DNA of 64,000 nucleotides from contig DATBRZ010000259.1 of NCBI GenBank assembly GCA_036560025.1, positions 96-64,095 on the forward strand, in the 5' to 3' direction. Of this stretch, positions 10,130 to 18,888 are shown piece after piece (position 1 is the first letter of the stretch; each line of letters opens with the position of its first letter). The DNA is from Gemmatimonadaceae bacterium (GTDB lineage Bacteria > Gemmatimonadota > Gemmatimonadetes > Gemmatimonadales > Gemmatimonadaceae). Under the pieces are notes generated by a model. The model did no database searches, was not told the origin of the DNA, and saw nothing but the letters and a program-made list of their open reading frames with translations. Position numbers and translations under genes: made by a program.

Positions 10130-10779
10130 CTCGTCTTTCCGTTCGTCGCGCCCACGGAATCCATCGTCACGAACGGCCTGAACACTCCGCAGATCACTCC
10201 GAGAATCGCGAAGTCGTCGTCGTCGCGAATATGAATGTCGCGCTCCGACGGATTGGCTGCCTCGAGCACCATCCGTCCGTTCTGATGGGTGAGCGTCTTG
10301 ATCGTTGCCTCATCACCCAGACGCGCCGCTACGATGTCTTTGTCTTTCGGGTTCGCGCCGGGATTTATCATTACATAATCGCCGTCAGAGATCGCCTTGC
10401 CGATCATGCTGTCGCCTTTCACTCTGAGGAAGAACACTTCCTCACCGGGAACGAATCGTCGGTCGACGGTGATGAATGCTTCACGATGCTCGGGGATCAG
10501 CGCCGGCTCGCCGGCGTGAATCTTCCCATAGTAGGGAACGGGCTTCGTCTTGCTACCGCCCGTGAATCCAAGAAGACGAACACCGCGTGAGCGCGCTGGG
10601 TCACGCTCGATGTATCCCTTCCTCGCCAGCGACTGAAGAAGATCGGAAACGGTCTTCGTCGACTTGATCTGAAACTGCTTCCCAATGTCTCGGATGCTCG
10701 GCTGATAGGTGTTCTCTGCTGTGAAATCCAGCAGGTATTTGTATACTGAGCCCTCGAGTTGTGTGAGCGCGTCAGCCAT
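10126..10779 (-). CDS. lexA: SOS repressor LexA
   Basis: PSIRDIG HTH, HAG cleavage site, GDSM catalytic Ser, ATIK catalytic Lys; GGGAG RBS favours ATG 10779. Confidence 0.95.
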   Translation of the reverse strand: MADALTQLEGSVYKYLLDFTAENTYQPSIRDIGKQFQIKSTKTVSDLLQSLARKGYIERDPARSRGVRLLGFTGGSKTKPVPYYGKIHAGEPALIPEHREAFITVDRRFVPGEEVFFLRVKGDSMIGKAISDGDYVMINPGANPKDKDIVAARLGDEATIKTLTHQNGRMVLEAANPSERDIHIRDDDDFAILGVICGVFRPFVTMDSVGATNGKTS

Positions 10780-10847
10780 TGCCACTCCCAGTAGAAAGTC
10801 GAAATCCCGGGAGACACCAGGCCCGGGAACTTACGTTGTGCGCCACT

Positions 10848-10876
10848 AATCTGTTCGAGTATGGGGGCAGCGTCAA
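10848..10876 (-). promoter_or_regulatory. putative sigma70 promoter of lexA
   Basis: TTGACG-17 nt-CAGATT on the minus strand. Confidence 0.45.
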
Positions 10877-10878
10877 CG

Positions 10879-12336
10879 CTATTGTTGCGTTTCTGTTACC
10901 CATACGGTCGCCTCTCGTACCCTTTTCAGGGCTAGATCCCGACCCATAAGGACAAGCACATCGAAGATACCGGGGCTGACTGCCAGGCCGGTTAAGGCGA
11001 CCCTGAGGGGTTGAAACACCTTTCCCCCGCTCAATCCCTTCGCTTCGGCGAGGTCGCGGAGCAGGGTTTCGAGGCTCGCGTGGTCCCAGTCCCGAGCAGT
11101 CTCCAGGGCTTTCGCAACGGACGCCAAGAGGTCCGCCGTTTCTGCGCGATTCTTCCAATGTTTTCCTACAACATCCGTATCGTAGGTAATAATAACCGGA
11201 AAATACGGCGCTGCCTGGCGGACGATATCGTCGATCGTTCTCGCGCGTACGCGAAGGAGATCGAGAAGCTGCAAGTACCAGTCGTGTCGAGCCGCGAGCT
11301 GTTCCGTCGTCGCGAGTCCGGCCGCGACGATCGCAGGGGTGACGCGCGGCTCGAGCTCGCTGAGTGAGACGAGTGACAGATGCTGGCCATTCATCCACTC
11401 GAGCTTCTTCGGATCGAAGATCGCGGCCTTCTTCTGAAGGCCATCGGTTGAAAACAGCTGGATCATCTCGTCAACCGTCATTATCTCACGATCACCGCCG
11501 GGTGACCAGCCAAGCAAGGCGAGGAAGTTGAGCATCGCGCCCGGCAGCATTCCCTGATGCTGATAATCGCCGACGGCGGTAGCGCCGTGGCGCTTGCTCA
11601 GCTTCTTCCCATCCATGCCGTGAATCATCGGTAGATGGGCGAACTGCGGCAGTTCAACGCCCAGCGCGCGATAGAGAAGGATCTGCTTCGGTGTGTTCGA
11701 GATGTGATCGTCACCGCGCATCACCAGCGTGATTCCCATAGCGACATCGTCGGACACTACGGCCAGGTTGTAGATCGGCGTCCCATCCGATCGCAGAATG
11801 ACGAAGTCGTCGAGATCCTTATTCGGAAACGCGATTCTCTCGTGCACCAGATCGTCCCACTCCGTTGTTCCATCGGGAATGCGGAAGCGGATGACGTACG
11901 GCTCGCCTGACGCAACGCGTCGCTCAATCTGTGCGACGTCGAGTCGGTCGCAGCGTCGATCGTACTTGAAGCTCTCCCTGCGCGACTCCGCTTCGCGCCG
12001 GCGCTCCTCGAGCTCGGCGGGAGTACAGAAGCAGCGATACGCGTATCCGCGCTCCAGAAGCAGTCGCGCGTCACGCTGATGCGCGGCGAGGTTCGCGCCC
12101 TGGTACACGACCTCCTCGTCCCAGTTGAGACCGAGCCATCCGAGTCCGTCGAAGATCGCGCGCGTGCTCTCTTCCGTGCTGCGCGCCTTGTCGGTGTCTT
12201 CGATGCGCAGGAGGAACTTTCCGTCGAAATGTCGCGCGTAGAGCCAGTTGATGAGCGCCGTGCGCGCGCCGCCGACATGGAGATAGCCGGTGGGCGATGG
12301 AGCGAAGCGGAGGCGCGGCTGTCTGTCGGACGGCAT
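10879..12336 (-). CDS. gltX: glutamate--tRNA ligase
   Basis: RFAPSPTGYLHVGGART, KLSKRH; the longer track ORF runs through the tRNA, so start set at ATG 12336. Confidence 0.97.
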   Translation of the reverse strand: MPSDRQPRLRFAPSPTGYLHVGGARTALINWLYARHFDGKFLLRIEDTDKARSTEESTRAIFDGLGWLGLNWDEEVVYQGANLAAHQRDARLLLERGYAYRCFCTPAELEERRREAESRRESFKYDRRCDRLDVAQIERRVASGEPYVIRFRIPDGTTEWDDLVHERIAFPNKDLDDFVILRSDGTPIYNLAVVSDDVAMGITLVMRGDDHISNTPKQILLYRALGVELPQFAHLPMIHGMDGKKLSKRHGATAVGDYQHQGMLPGAMLNFLALLGWSPGGDREIMTVDEMIQLFSTDGLQKKAAIFDPKKLEWMNGQHLSLVSLSELEPRVTPAIVAAGLATTEQLAARHDWYLQLLDLLRVRARTIDDIVRQAAPYFPVIITYDTDVVGKHWKNRAETADLLASVAKALETARDWDHASLETLLRDLAEAKGLSGGKVFQPLRVALTGLAVSPGIFDVLVLMGRDLALKRVREATVWVTETQQ

Positions 12337-12340
12337 GAAA

Positions 12341-12384
12341 GACGATTGCGGACTGCGCACGGGGACGACTGCGGACTGCGTACG
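12341..12384. repeat. 21-bp direct repeat x2
   Basis: GACGATTGCGGACTGCGCACG (12341-12361) and GACGACTGCGGACTGCGTACG (12364-12384), 19/21 identical. Confidence 0.8.
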
Positions 12385-12390
12385 TGGCAA

Positions 12391-12424
12391 ATGAAACGGG
12401 CCCGCACGACCGTGAGCGGACCCC
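12391..12424 (-). terminator. putative terminator after tRNA-Ser(GCT)
   Basis: Minus-strand stem GGGTCCGC/GCGGGCCC followed by GTTTCATTT. Confidence 0.55.
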
Positions 12425-12431
12425 TTGATAA

Positions 12432-12520
12432 CGGAGAGAGAGGGATTCGAACCCTCGATACGCGTTTCCACGTATGCCGGTTTAGCAAACCGGTGCCTTC
12501 AGCCTCTCGGCCATCTCTCC
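12432..12520 (-). tRNA. tRNA-Ser(GCT)
   Basis: GGAGAGA acceptor, CCGGT-TTGCTAA-ACCGG anticodon arm, long variable arm, GTTCGAATC; CCA not encoded. Confidence 0.96.
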
Positions 12521-12674
12521 GGAGGTCACGCAAGGTATTGTAGCCGGCGGGGTCGTTCAACCCCGCGCGAAACATACGGCCCACATTGTGCATTTGGGCG
12601 CTCCGACCGATCAAAAAATCGGTCGCGGAACCGCAGTCAGCGTCCACCACTGAAATGCACGCCATCCCGCAGCG

Positions 12675-13388
12675 ATGACTCCACAATCGAGCCATGGTGA
12701 AACGGAGGTCCGCAATCAGATAATCAGGAACCTGCCTGCTGCGGAAGCCCTGCTCCTCCAGTCCGCTGGCCGTATGGTGGACATCGCGCCAAAGGTCGTC
12801 ATCACTGAGGCGAATCAGCGGATACAGCATATCTACTTCCCCGAAACAGCGGTGATCTCGCTGGTGACGGTCGTAAGCGAGGGCGCGATCGAAGCGATGA
12901 CGGTCGGAAACGACGGCTTCTACGGAATCCCAATCTTTCACGGTCTGGATTCCACGTGCAGTCGGGCGATCTGTCAGATCGCCGGCCGCGCGCTTCGGAT
13001 CGACGTCGATCAGTTTCGCAAGGTTATTTCAGAATCGCAGTCGATCTCTCGTTTGCTTGCGCGTTATGCGCAGCTCCTGATCGAAGTGCTCTCGCAATCA
13101 GCGGCTTGCAACAGACTTCACGTGATCGAGCAGCGGTGCGCGAGATGGCTATTGATGTCGCACGACCGCGTAGGTCGCGATGACTTCGCACTCACGCAGG
13201 TTTTCCTCGCGCAGATGCTCGGTGTACGGCGCCCCGGAGTGACTGTCGCGATCGGGATCCTGGAGCGCGCGGGCCTGATATCGCATACGCGAGGACGCAT
13301 CAGGATCGAGGATCGCGCGGGGCTCGAGAAGGTGACGTGCGAATGCTACGCCACGATACTGAAGAGGCAGAAGGCGCTGCTCGGTTGA
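12675..13388 (+). CDS. Crp/Fnr-family transcriptional regulator
   Basis: cNMP-binding fold, QSAACNRLH, LTQVFLAQMLGVRRPGV HTH, terminal CECY. Confidence 0.92.
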   Translation: MTPQSSHGETEVRNQIIRNLPAAEALLLQSAGRMVDIAPKVVITEANQRIQHIYFPETAVISLVTVVSEGAIEAMTVGNDGFYGIPIFHGLDSTCSRAICQIAGRALRIDVDQFRKVISESQSISRLLARYAQLLIEVLSQSAACNRLHVIEQRCARWLLMSHDRVGRDDFALTQVFLAQMLGVRRPGVTVAIGILERAGLISHTRGRIRIEDRAGLEKVTCECYATILKRQKALLG

Positions 13389-13389
13389 A

Positions 13390-13467
13390 GCGGTACGGGT
13401 TACGGGTTTCGGGGTGCGGGTAACGGCAAACGCTACCCGCACCGCGTACCACACAACCCGTACCCGC
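13390..13467. repeat. REP-like inverted repeat built from 6-7 nt units
   Basis: GCGGTACGGGTT...GGTGCGGGTA / TACCCGCACC...AACCCGTACCCGC between convergent genes; related to 24243-24298. Confidence 0.75.
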
Positions 13468-13468
13468 A

Positions 13469-14158
13469 TCAACCGTTGTGCATGTAGCTCGCGCCGGCCT
13501 CCTTCGCCTGGTTGATAGCGATGACCATCGCCGGCACGATCGTAATACCGGGCAGCATGTTGGCGACGAGGTCATTTCTGATGGTCGCGACGTTCCCGCC
13601 ACTACCCGCGGCAAGGCGGCCGACCCAGAAATTCAATGCGTTGTTGCACAGAATGAAGCGGACGTTGCGCGCTTGAAGCGAAGCAATGCTCGCTGTGCCG
13701 GGAACGTCAAAGCCAGCATCGACGCCGAGCAGTCCACCGGCCGCCGGCTTGGCGAACACATTGACCGACGCGGCTGCCTTGGTCGCTTTGTCGTTGACGT
13801 TCGTTGCAGCGCCGAGATTGTATTTCGCCCACATCGCATCGTTCACGCCGAGCGGGATCGCCATTCCAAAGAGACCGACGATCGCGATAACCTGCGGATA
13901 GGACTGCCCGAAAGCTTCCTTGAACGTGTCGACGTAGTTCAGAACGTGGAGAAAGGGAATGGCGCCCGGCGTCGGCGAAACGAAGAGCTGCGCGTGCGCG
14001 CCCTTCACTCCGTTGAGCCACGCCATGTCGGGCTTCACTGTCGGCGCCGTCATTCCCGCTGCTGCGGTGAGTGGCACGGCACTTCCCATTCCCGCTGCAA
14101 TCGCGCCGGCGGTCATTCTCTCGACGAACTCCCGTCGGGTTGTGTTATTGTCGCTCAC
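13469..14158 (-). CDS. Tat-exported DsrE-like protein
   Basis: TRREFV twin-arginine signal; FILCNNAL, VPAMVIAI and GASY resemble the DsrE-fold C-terminus; AGGAGG RBS. Confidence 0.75.
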   Translation of the reverse strand: MSDNNTTRREFVERMTAGAIAAGMGSAVPLTAAAGMTAPTVKPDMAWLNGVKGAHAQLFVSPTPGAIPFLHVLNYVDTFKEAFGQSYPQVIAIVGLFGMAIPLGVNDAMWAKYNLGAATNVNDKATKAAASVNVFAKPAAGGLLGVDAGFDVPGTASIASLQARNVRFILCNNALNFWVGRLAAGSGGNVATIRNDLVANMLPGITIVPAMVIAINQAKEAGASYMHNG

Positions 14159-14194
14159 ATCTTCCTCCTGGTGGAATTGGGGGGTTCAACAAAA

Positions 14195-15097
14195 TCACTG
14201 TGTGCGCGGCCGCTCGGAGCTCGACGTCTTCGCGGACAAAGTCTTGTATGCAACGTCGGGCGGCTGGCCGCCATGCGGCCAGTCTTTCTCCTTCCCTCGA
14301 AAATCCGGTCGCGGACGGCTGTTAATGTACGTCGCGAGATCGAATGCCTGCTGCGGCGTGAGAGTCAACGGCCGGTCTCGCGGCATGAGCTGGCGAATGA
14401 ATGCCGCCGCGGTCCGTACCCTCGCCATTCCAGCGCCGATGTTGTACGACTGCGGTCCCCAGAGCGGCGGTGCTGCAGCAGTTCCTTCGCCATTCGCGCC
14501 GTGACATGCGACACAGCGCGCAGCGAAGATCTCTTTGCCGCTGGTCGTGTCGCCCGGCAGCGGGTCGAGCTTTGGTATCCCCTGACCCTCCATGTCGATT
14601 CCAACGGGAAATCCCGTCGACAGGAATGCGATGTATGCAACCATGTCGCGCATTTCTGCGCTCGATCGATCGAGCGCCTTTCCGTTCATGCTGCGGAGAA
14701 AGCAGTCGTTGATCCGATCCTCGAGCAGGTCGACCTTGCCGCTGCGGGCGCGGTACTGCGGAAATCTCGAGTAAGCTCCGACTAACGGCATTGCATTGGC
14801 TACCGTGCCGTCGGCCATGTGGCAATTGGCGCAATTGAGCGCATTGCCGACATGCTTGGGAAGACTGTCGCGCGTGCTGTGAATGAGAGCGCGGCCGCGA
14901 CGCACCGACGCCAGCGTCACCGAATCGGTGATCTCCGATTCAGCCGGGACGCGGTACCGTACGGGAGCGGCGACTGGAGCTGACCGCGATGCGAAATCAC
15001 TCGATTGTGCGGCACGAGCCGTATCGCGAGCCACCGGCGATGACTCGGTGCATGCGCAAATTCCCGCGAAAACGAGAGCAGCTGCGCGCAGATTCAT
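14195..15097 (-). CDS. tsdA: diheme cytochrome c, thiosulfate dehydrogenase TsdA-like
   Basis: CANCH and CVACH, RINDCFLRSMNG (Cys ligand motif), PPLWGPQSYNIGAGM, RPRP; lipoprotein-like signal. Confidence 0.82.
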   Translation of the reverse strand: MNLRAAALVFAGICACTESSPVARDTARAAQSSDFASRSAPVAAPVRYRVPAESEITDSVTLASVRRGRALIHSTRDSLPKHVGNALNCANCHMADGTVANAMPLVGAYSRFPQYRARSGKVDLLEDRINDCFLRSMNGKALDRSSAEMRDMVAYIAFLSTGFPVGIDMEGQGIPKLDPLPGDTTSGKEIFAARCVACHGANGEGTAAAPPLWGPQSYNIGAGMARVRTAAAFIRQLMPRDRPLTLTPQQAFDLATYINSRPRPDFRGKEKDWPHGGQPPDVAYKTLSAKTSSSERPRTQ

Positions 15098-15345
15098 GAT
15101 ATCGAGCGCATACTAGAGTCTGTACACGACCATCGCAACTCACGTTTCTGCTTGTGTAAGCAACGGGGGGAAGAAACCTCTCGCAGCAGGGACCGAAACC
15201 GCTCGTATTATTGTAAAAGACCGTTAGTGACTGTCGACTGCCGCGCTGTTATCCTCCCGGCTCTTCGATCGTCTTGAAAATGGTATCGGCGCCCGTCGGA
15301 TACGGCGCCCTTGATGGCTTCAATCATCTCGAGAAGGAAACGGCA

Positions 15346-15870
15346 GTGAGACGCACAACGATTTTCCTGATGACTCTCGCTCTTGCCGGCTGCAAGGCGA
15401 CCGACACGACGATCGCTCCGCTACCGGAAGGCATTCCGATGACGTTCAGCGTGACGGATAAGGGGGTCTGCACGGTTCAGATCGAGAATCACACATACAC
15501 GTCTGTGGGCCAGGTCCGCTATGACTCGCCGCCTGCGTTCATTGGTACGATTCAGAACATGGGATACCATGGCTTCTCGTGCTGGGTCGGCACCCCCGGC
15601 GGCGACGGAGAGATCAAGGTCGTTTTCGCAGGCGACAACTACGGCAAGCCGCTGGCTGTCGGGAAGTACATACCGCGTCTCGAGTTCCGCTACGACGAGC
15701 CGGGCTTCGCGTGGGTGACGTTCCGGAGCGCGATGCTTGGCACACGGTTGCTTCAGACATACGACGCTCAGGGAAGTGTGGACGTGACCGCGACGTCAGA
15801 CGGCGGCCGCGTCATTACAGGTGATCTGCGCGTCCTGCCACTCGATATGGGATTCTCGTTAGGTATCTGA
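15346..15870 (+). CDS. hypothetical lipoprotein
   Basis: GTG after AAGGA; RRTTIFLMTLALAGC lipobox; beta-rich; followed by a terminator. Confidence 0.75.
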   Translation: MRRTTIFLMTLALAGCKATDTTIAPLPEGIPMTFSVTDKGVCTVQIENHTYTSVGQVRYDSPPAFIGTIQNMGYHGFSCWVGTPGGDGEIKVVFAGDNYGKPLAVGKYIPRLEFRYDEPGFAWVTFRSAMLGTRLLQTYDAQGSVDVTATSDGGRVITGDLRVLPLDMGFSLGI

Positions 15871-15889
15871 GCTGCCCGATCAGTCGACC

Positions 15890-15927
15890 AAAAAAAGGGA
15901 GCGCCCGCGGGCGCTCCCTCGTTGTTT
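15890..15927. terminator. bidirectional intrinsic terminator
   Basis: A-tract, AGGGAGCGCCC/GGGCGCTCCCT stem, then GTTGTTT. Confidence 0.85.
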
Positions 15928-15941
15928 CAGTGAGGCATCAG

Positions 15942-16025
15942 CGGAGGGAGAGGGACTCGAACCCCCAAGCGCTTGCGCGCGGCGGTTTTCAAGACCGCTG
16001 CCTTACCAATTAGGACTATCCCTCC
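15942..16025 (-). tRNA. tRNA-Ser(TGA)
   Basis: GGAGGGA acceptor, GCGGT-CTTGAAA-ACCGC anticodon arm, variable arm, GTTCGAGTC, discriminator G. Confidence 0.93.
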
Positions 16026-16127
16026 AGTCTTCTCAAAATAATCGAGCCTGAAAGTCTTTCCAATTCGGAACGACGTGCTAATGGCCAATAGCCTGAGGCC
16101 AATAGCTGTTGGCTCGTTTTTTAGCAG

Positions 16128-17660
16128 TTAGTGCCGGAACTGTCTCCTTCCCGTGAATACCATCGCGATATCGTGCTCGTTCGCTGCCTGGATCACTTCC
16201 TCATCGCGCACTGATCCACCCGGCTGAATTATCGCGGTGATGCCGGCTTCGGCTGCCTGATCGACGCCGTCGCGGAACGGAAAGAACGCATCCGAGCCAA
16301 GCACAGCTCCTTTCGTCTCGTGACCGGCCAGGCGCGCCTTGTGGACCGACAGAAATGCTGCATCCACCCGCGACATCTGCCCCGCACCGATACCGATCGT
16401 CGCCCCGTCGCGGGCCAGAACGATCGCGTTCGATTTAACGCTCGCCACTGCACGCCAGACGAAGACCATGTCCTTCTGCTCGACGTCCGTGGGAGTCCGG
16501 GTCGTCATGACTGTCCATCCGTCCATGACCGGCAGTGGCTTCGCTCGCTCCTGCAACAGGAAGCCTCCCCGCACGCGCTTGTAATCGAGCGCATGATCCT
16601 TCCACCCAGCATGTCCCTCCAGCACTCGCAGATTCTTCTTCCTGCCGAGTATGTCGATCGCCTCCGGCGTGAACTCCGGTGCTACGATGCACTCGACGAA
16701 GAGACTCGACACTGCTTCGGCGGTCTCGTTATCGACGGGCACGGTGAATGAGATCACCGAGCCGAATGCCGAGACTGGATCGCACGCCAGCGCCTTACGA
16801 TAGGAGTCAATCGCGGACTCTCCGACGGCGAGTCCACATGGTGTGGTGTGTTTCACTATCGCGCAGCACGTCTCGCCCTCGAATGGATCGGTCGCCAGGA
16901 GTGCTCCCTCGAGGTCGAGCAGATTGTTGAACGACAGCTCCTTCCCCCCCTTTTGAGTCAGCGCTGCAAGGCCTCGGGCACCATGCTCGACATAGAACGC
17001 CGCGCGTTGACCCGGGTTCTCGCCGTATCTGAGCGTTTGCTGCCGCTCCATCACGACAGTCTGCCGGTCAGGGAATTCTTCAGCGCGCTCACATGCGAAC
17101 CAGTGCGCTATCGCCGCGTCGTACGCCGCTGTGTGCGCATACACCTTCTCGGCCAGTAATCGTCGCAGGTCTATGTCGTCGTGCTCGGCTTCGAGCGCAG
17201 CGATGACACGCGTGTAATCCGATGGATCGACGATGACGGTCACGGCTTCGAAGTTTTTCGCGGCAGAGCGGAGCATCGATGGACCGCCGATGTCGATGTT
17301 GTCGATGACCTCTTCGGAAGTCACACCTGATCGAGCTGCAGTCGCCGCGAATGGATAGAGGTTCACTGCGACGAGCGATATCGGCGCGATACCGTGCTCG
17401 GCGATCGTCGTGAGATGGTCGGGGCGATCGCGTCGGGCGAGCAATCCTGCGTGCACAGCTGGATGCAAAGTCTTGACGCGTCCATCGAGTATCTCGGGAA
17501 ACCCGGTCAGCTCGCTGACGTCTTTGACGTTGAGACCTGCATTACGGAGCGCAGCCGCCGTACCACCGGTCGAGACGAGATCCCAGCCGAGCTTCTTAAG
17601 GGAAGCGGCAAATTCGGGTAGCCCGGTCTTGTCGGAGACTGAGAGAAGGGCAGTGGGCAT
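16128..17660 (-). CDS. purH: bifunctional AICAR transformylase/IMP cyclohydrolase
   Basis: [38 protein letters not shown]; start ATG 17660. Confidence 0.97.
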   Translation of the reverse strand: MPTALLSVSDKTGLPEFAASLKKLGWDLVSTGGTAAALRNAGLNVKDVSELTGFPEILDGRVKTLHPAVHAGLLARRDRPDHLTTIAEHGIAPISLVAVNLYPFAATAARSGVTSEEVIDNIDIGGPSMLRSAAKNFEAVTVIVDPSDYTRVIAALEAEHDDIDLRRLLAEKVYAHTAAYDAAIAHWFACERAEEFPDRQTVVMERQQTLRYGENPGQRAAFYVEHGARGLAALTQKGGKELSFNNLLDLEGALLATDPFEGETCCAIVKHTTPCGLAVGESAIDSYRKALACDPVSAFGSVISFTVPVDNETAEAVSSLFVECIVAPEFTPEAIDILGRKKNLRVLEGHAGWKDHALDYKRVRGGFLLQERAKPLPVMDGWTVMTTRTPTDVEQKDMVFVWRAVASVKSNAIVLARDGATIGIGAGQMSRVDAAFLSVHKARLAGHETKGAVLGSDAFFPFRDGVDQAAEAGITAIIQPGGSVRDEEVIQAANEHDIAMVFTGRRQFRH

Positions 17661-18256
17661 TAGAAGTCGGCCGACAGGCCCGCATCGTCGAGTGCAGCGA
17701 TCATCTCGATCACGCGAGGATAAACGATGTGCTCCGCCTCGAGGACGCGGTCCGCCAGTGTCTCGGGCGTATCGTCGACGCGGACGCGAACAGGCCACTG
17801 GGCGATGACTGCACCATGATCGTATTCGTCGTCGACGAAATGAACCGTGACTCCAGTCGTAGTAGCACCCGATGCGAGAACCGCCGCATGCACCCTGGAG
17901 CCGTACATCCCGCGACCGCCAAAGTGAGGCAGAAGTCCGGGATGAACGTTGATAATCCGGCCGCGAAATCGACGCGTGACGAGCGGTGGAATTCTTTTGA
18001 GGTACCCTGCGAGCGCGACTATCTGAGCTGAGTGCCGCTCCAGGACTTCGACGAGAGCCGCTCCGTCATCGGTTGCGTCAAAAACCTCAGCCGCAACGCC
18101 GTGCTTGCGAGCGCGCTCGAGTGCTCCTGCGTCAGGACGATTGGATGCGACGACAACGACTTGAGCTCCCGGCGCGCCCTTGCGAGAGAGATGATCGATG
18201 ATCGCCTGGAGATTCGTGCCGCTTCCGGAAGCAAGAACTGCAATGCGCGACTTCAC
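17660..18256 (-). CDS. purN: phosphoribosylglycinamide formyltransferase
   Basis: SGSGTNLQA, NVHPGLLP, GVTVHFVD. Confidence 0.96.
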   Translation of the reverse strand: MKSRIAVLASGSGTNLQAIIDHLSRKGAPGAQVVVVASNRPDAGALERARKHGVAAEVFDATDDGAALVEVLERHSAQIVALAGYLKRIPPLVTRRFRGRIINVHPGLLPHFGGRGMYGSRVHAAVLASGATTTGVTVHFVDDEYDHGAVIAQWPVRVRVDDTPETLADRVLEAEHIVYPRVIEMIAALDDAGLSADF

Positions 18257-18342
18257 GCCGCGATTTTATTGTCCCGAATCGGCCGCAGTAAGACCCGAAC
18301 ATCGTTCGGGATGATCTTGACAATCGTCGAATTCGTGGCCCG

Positions 18343-18888
18343 CTAATTGGTGCAGAGATTTCGATCGAGCGCGGCACCGAGGGACTCGTCGACGAACGCA
18401 TGCAAGCGCGCCCACTCGATTTCATCGGCGGGCGTATTCTCCGACGGCACCAGCGCTGCCAGCGCTCCGAGCGCGACACCCGGCTCTATGTCGCGCCGCC
18501 GATCGCCGATGAACAGCGCGCCGTGAACATCGAATCCGAGATCTCGAGCTGCTCGACGGAATAGAAGATCACCCGGCTTGCGACATTCGCAGGCTGCGTC
18601 CGGCGGGTGCGGACAATAGTACGACGCATCGATTCGTGCACCATGAGTCGAAAGCTCATCGGCAAGTCGTGAATTCACGCGATCGTAATCGGCGATAGTG
18701 AAGTAGCCCCGCCCGATCCCGGATTGATTCGTTACCATGATCACCGGAATCAGCAAAGCGTTCACTCTGGCGATTGCCTGCGCGGCACCCGGGATGAGCT
18801 CTACCTGTTCCGGGTGCGACACATAGTGCAGGTCCTTCATTATCGTGCCGTCGCGGTCGACAAACACCGCGCTCGGTAGAGCATTCAC
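18343..18888 (-). CDS. gmhB: HAD IIIA phosphatase, GmhB/HisB-N-like
   Basis: DRDGT, TNQSGIGRG, CPH...CECRKP, GD. Confidence 0.8.
   Translation of the reverse strand: MNALPSAVFVDRDGTIMKDLHYVSHPEQVELIPGAAQAIARVNALLIPVIMVTNQSGIGRGYFTIADYDRVNSRLADELSTHGARIDASYYCPHPPDAACECRKPGDLLFRRAARDLGFDVHGALFIGDRRRDIEPGVALGALAALVPSENTPADEIEWARLHAFVDESLGAALDRNLCTN

Noticed and set aside
13478-14785. 435-aa plus-strand ORF
   Set aside because: Antisense shadow of the tsdA-like and DsrE-like genes; no motifs.
15100-15345. Riboswitch in the divergent intergenic region
   Set aside because: Only a short GGCGCC hairpin; no recognisable aptamer consensus by eye. An Rfam scan would be decisive.
12521-15941. Integrative element between two tRNA-Ser genes
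   Set aside because: No integrase; the similar ends are two complete tRNAs, not att duplications.
15942-16025. Possible tRNA-Sec given nearby selA
   Set aside because: On the tRNA strand the anticodon is TGA (Ser) with a 7-bp acceptor stem; TCA appears only on the opposite strand.
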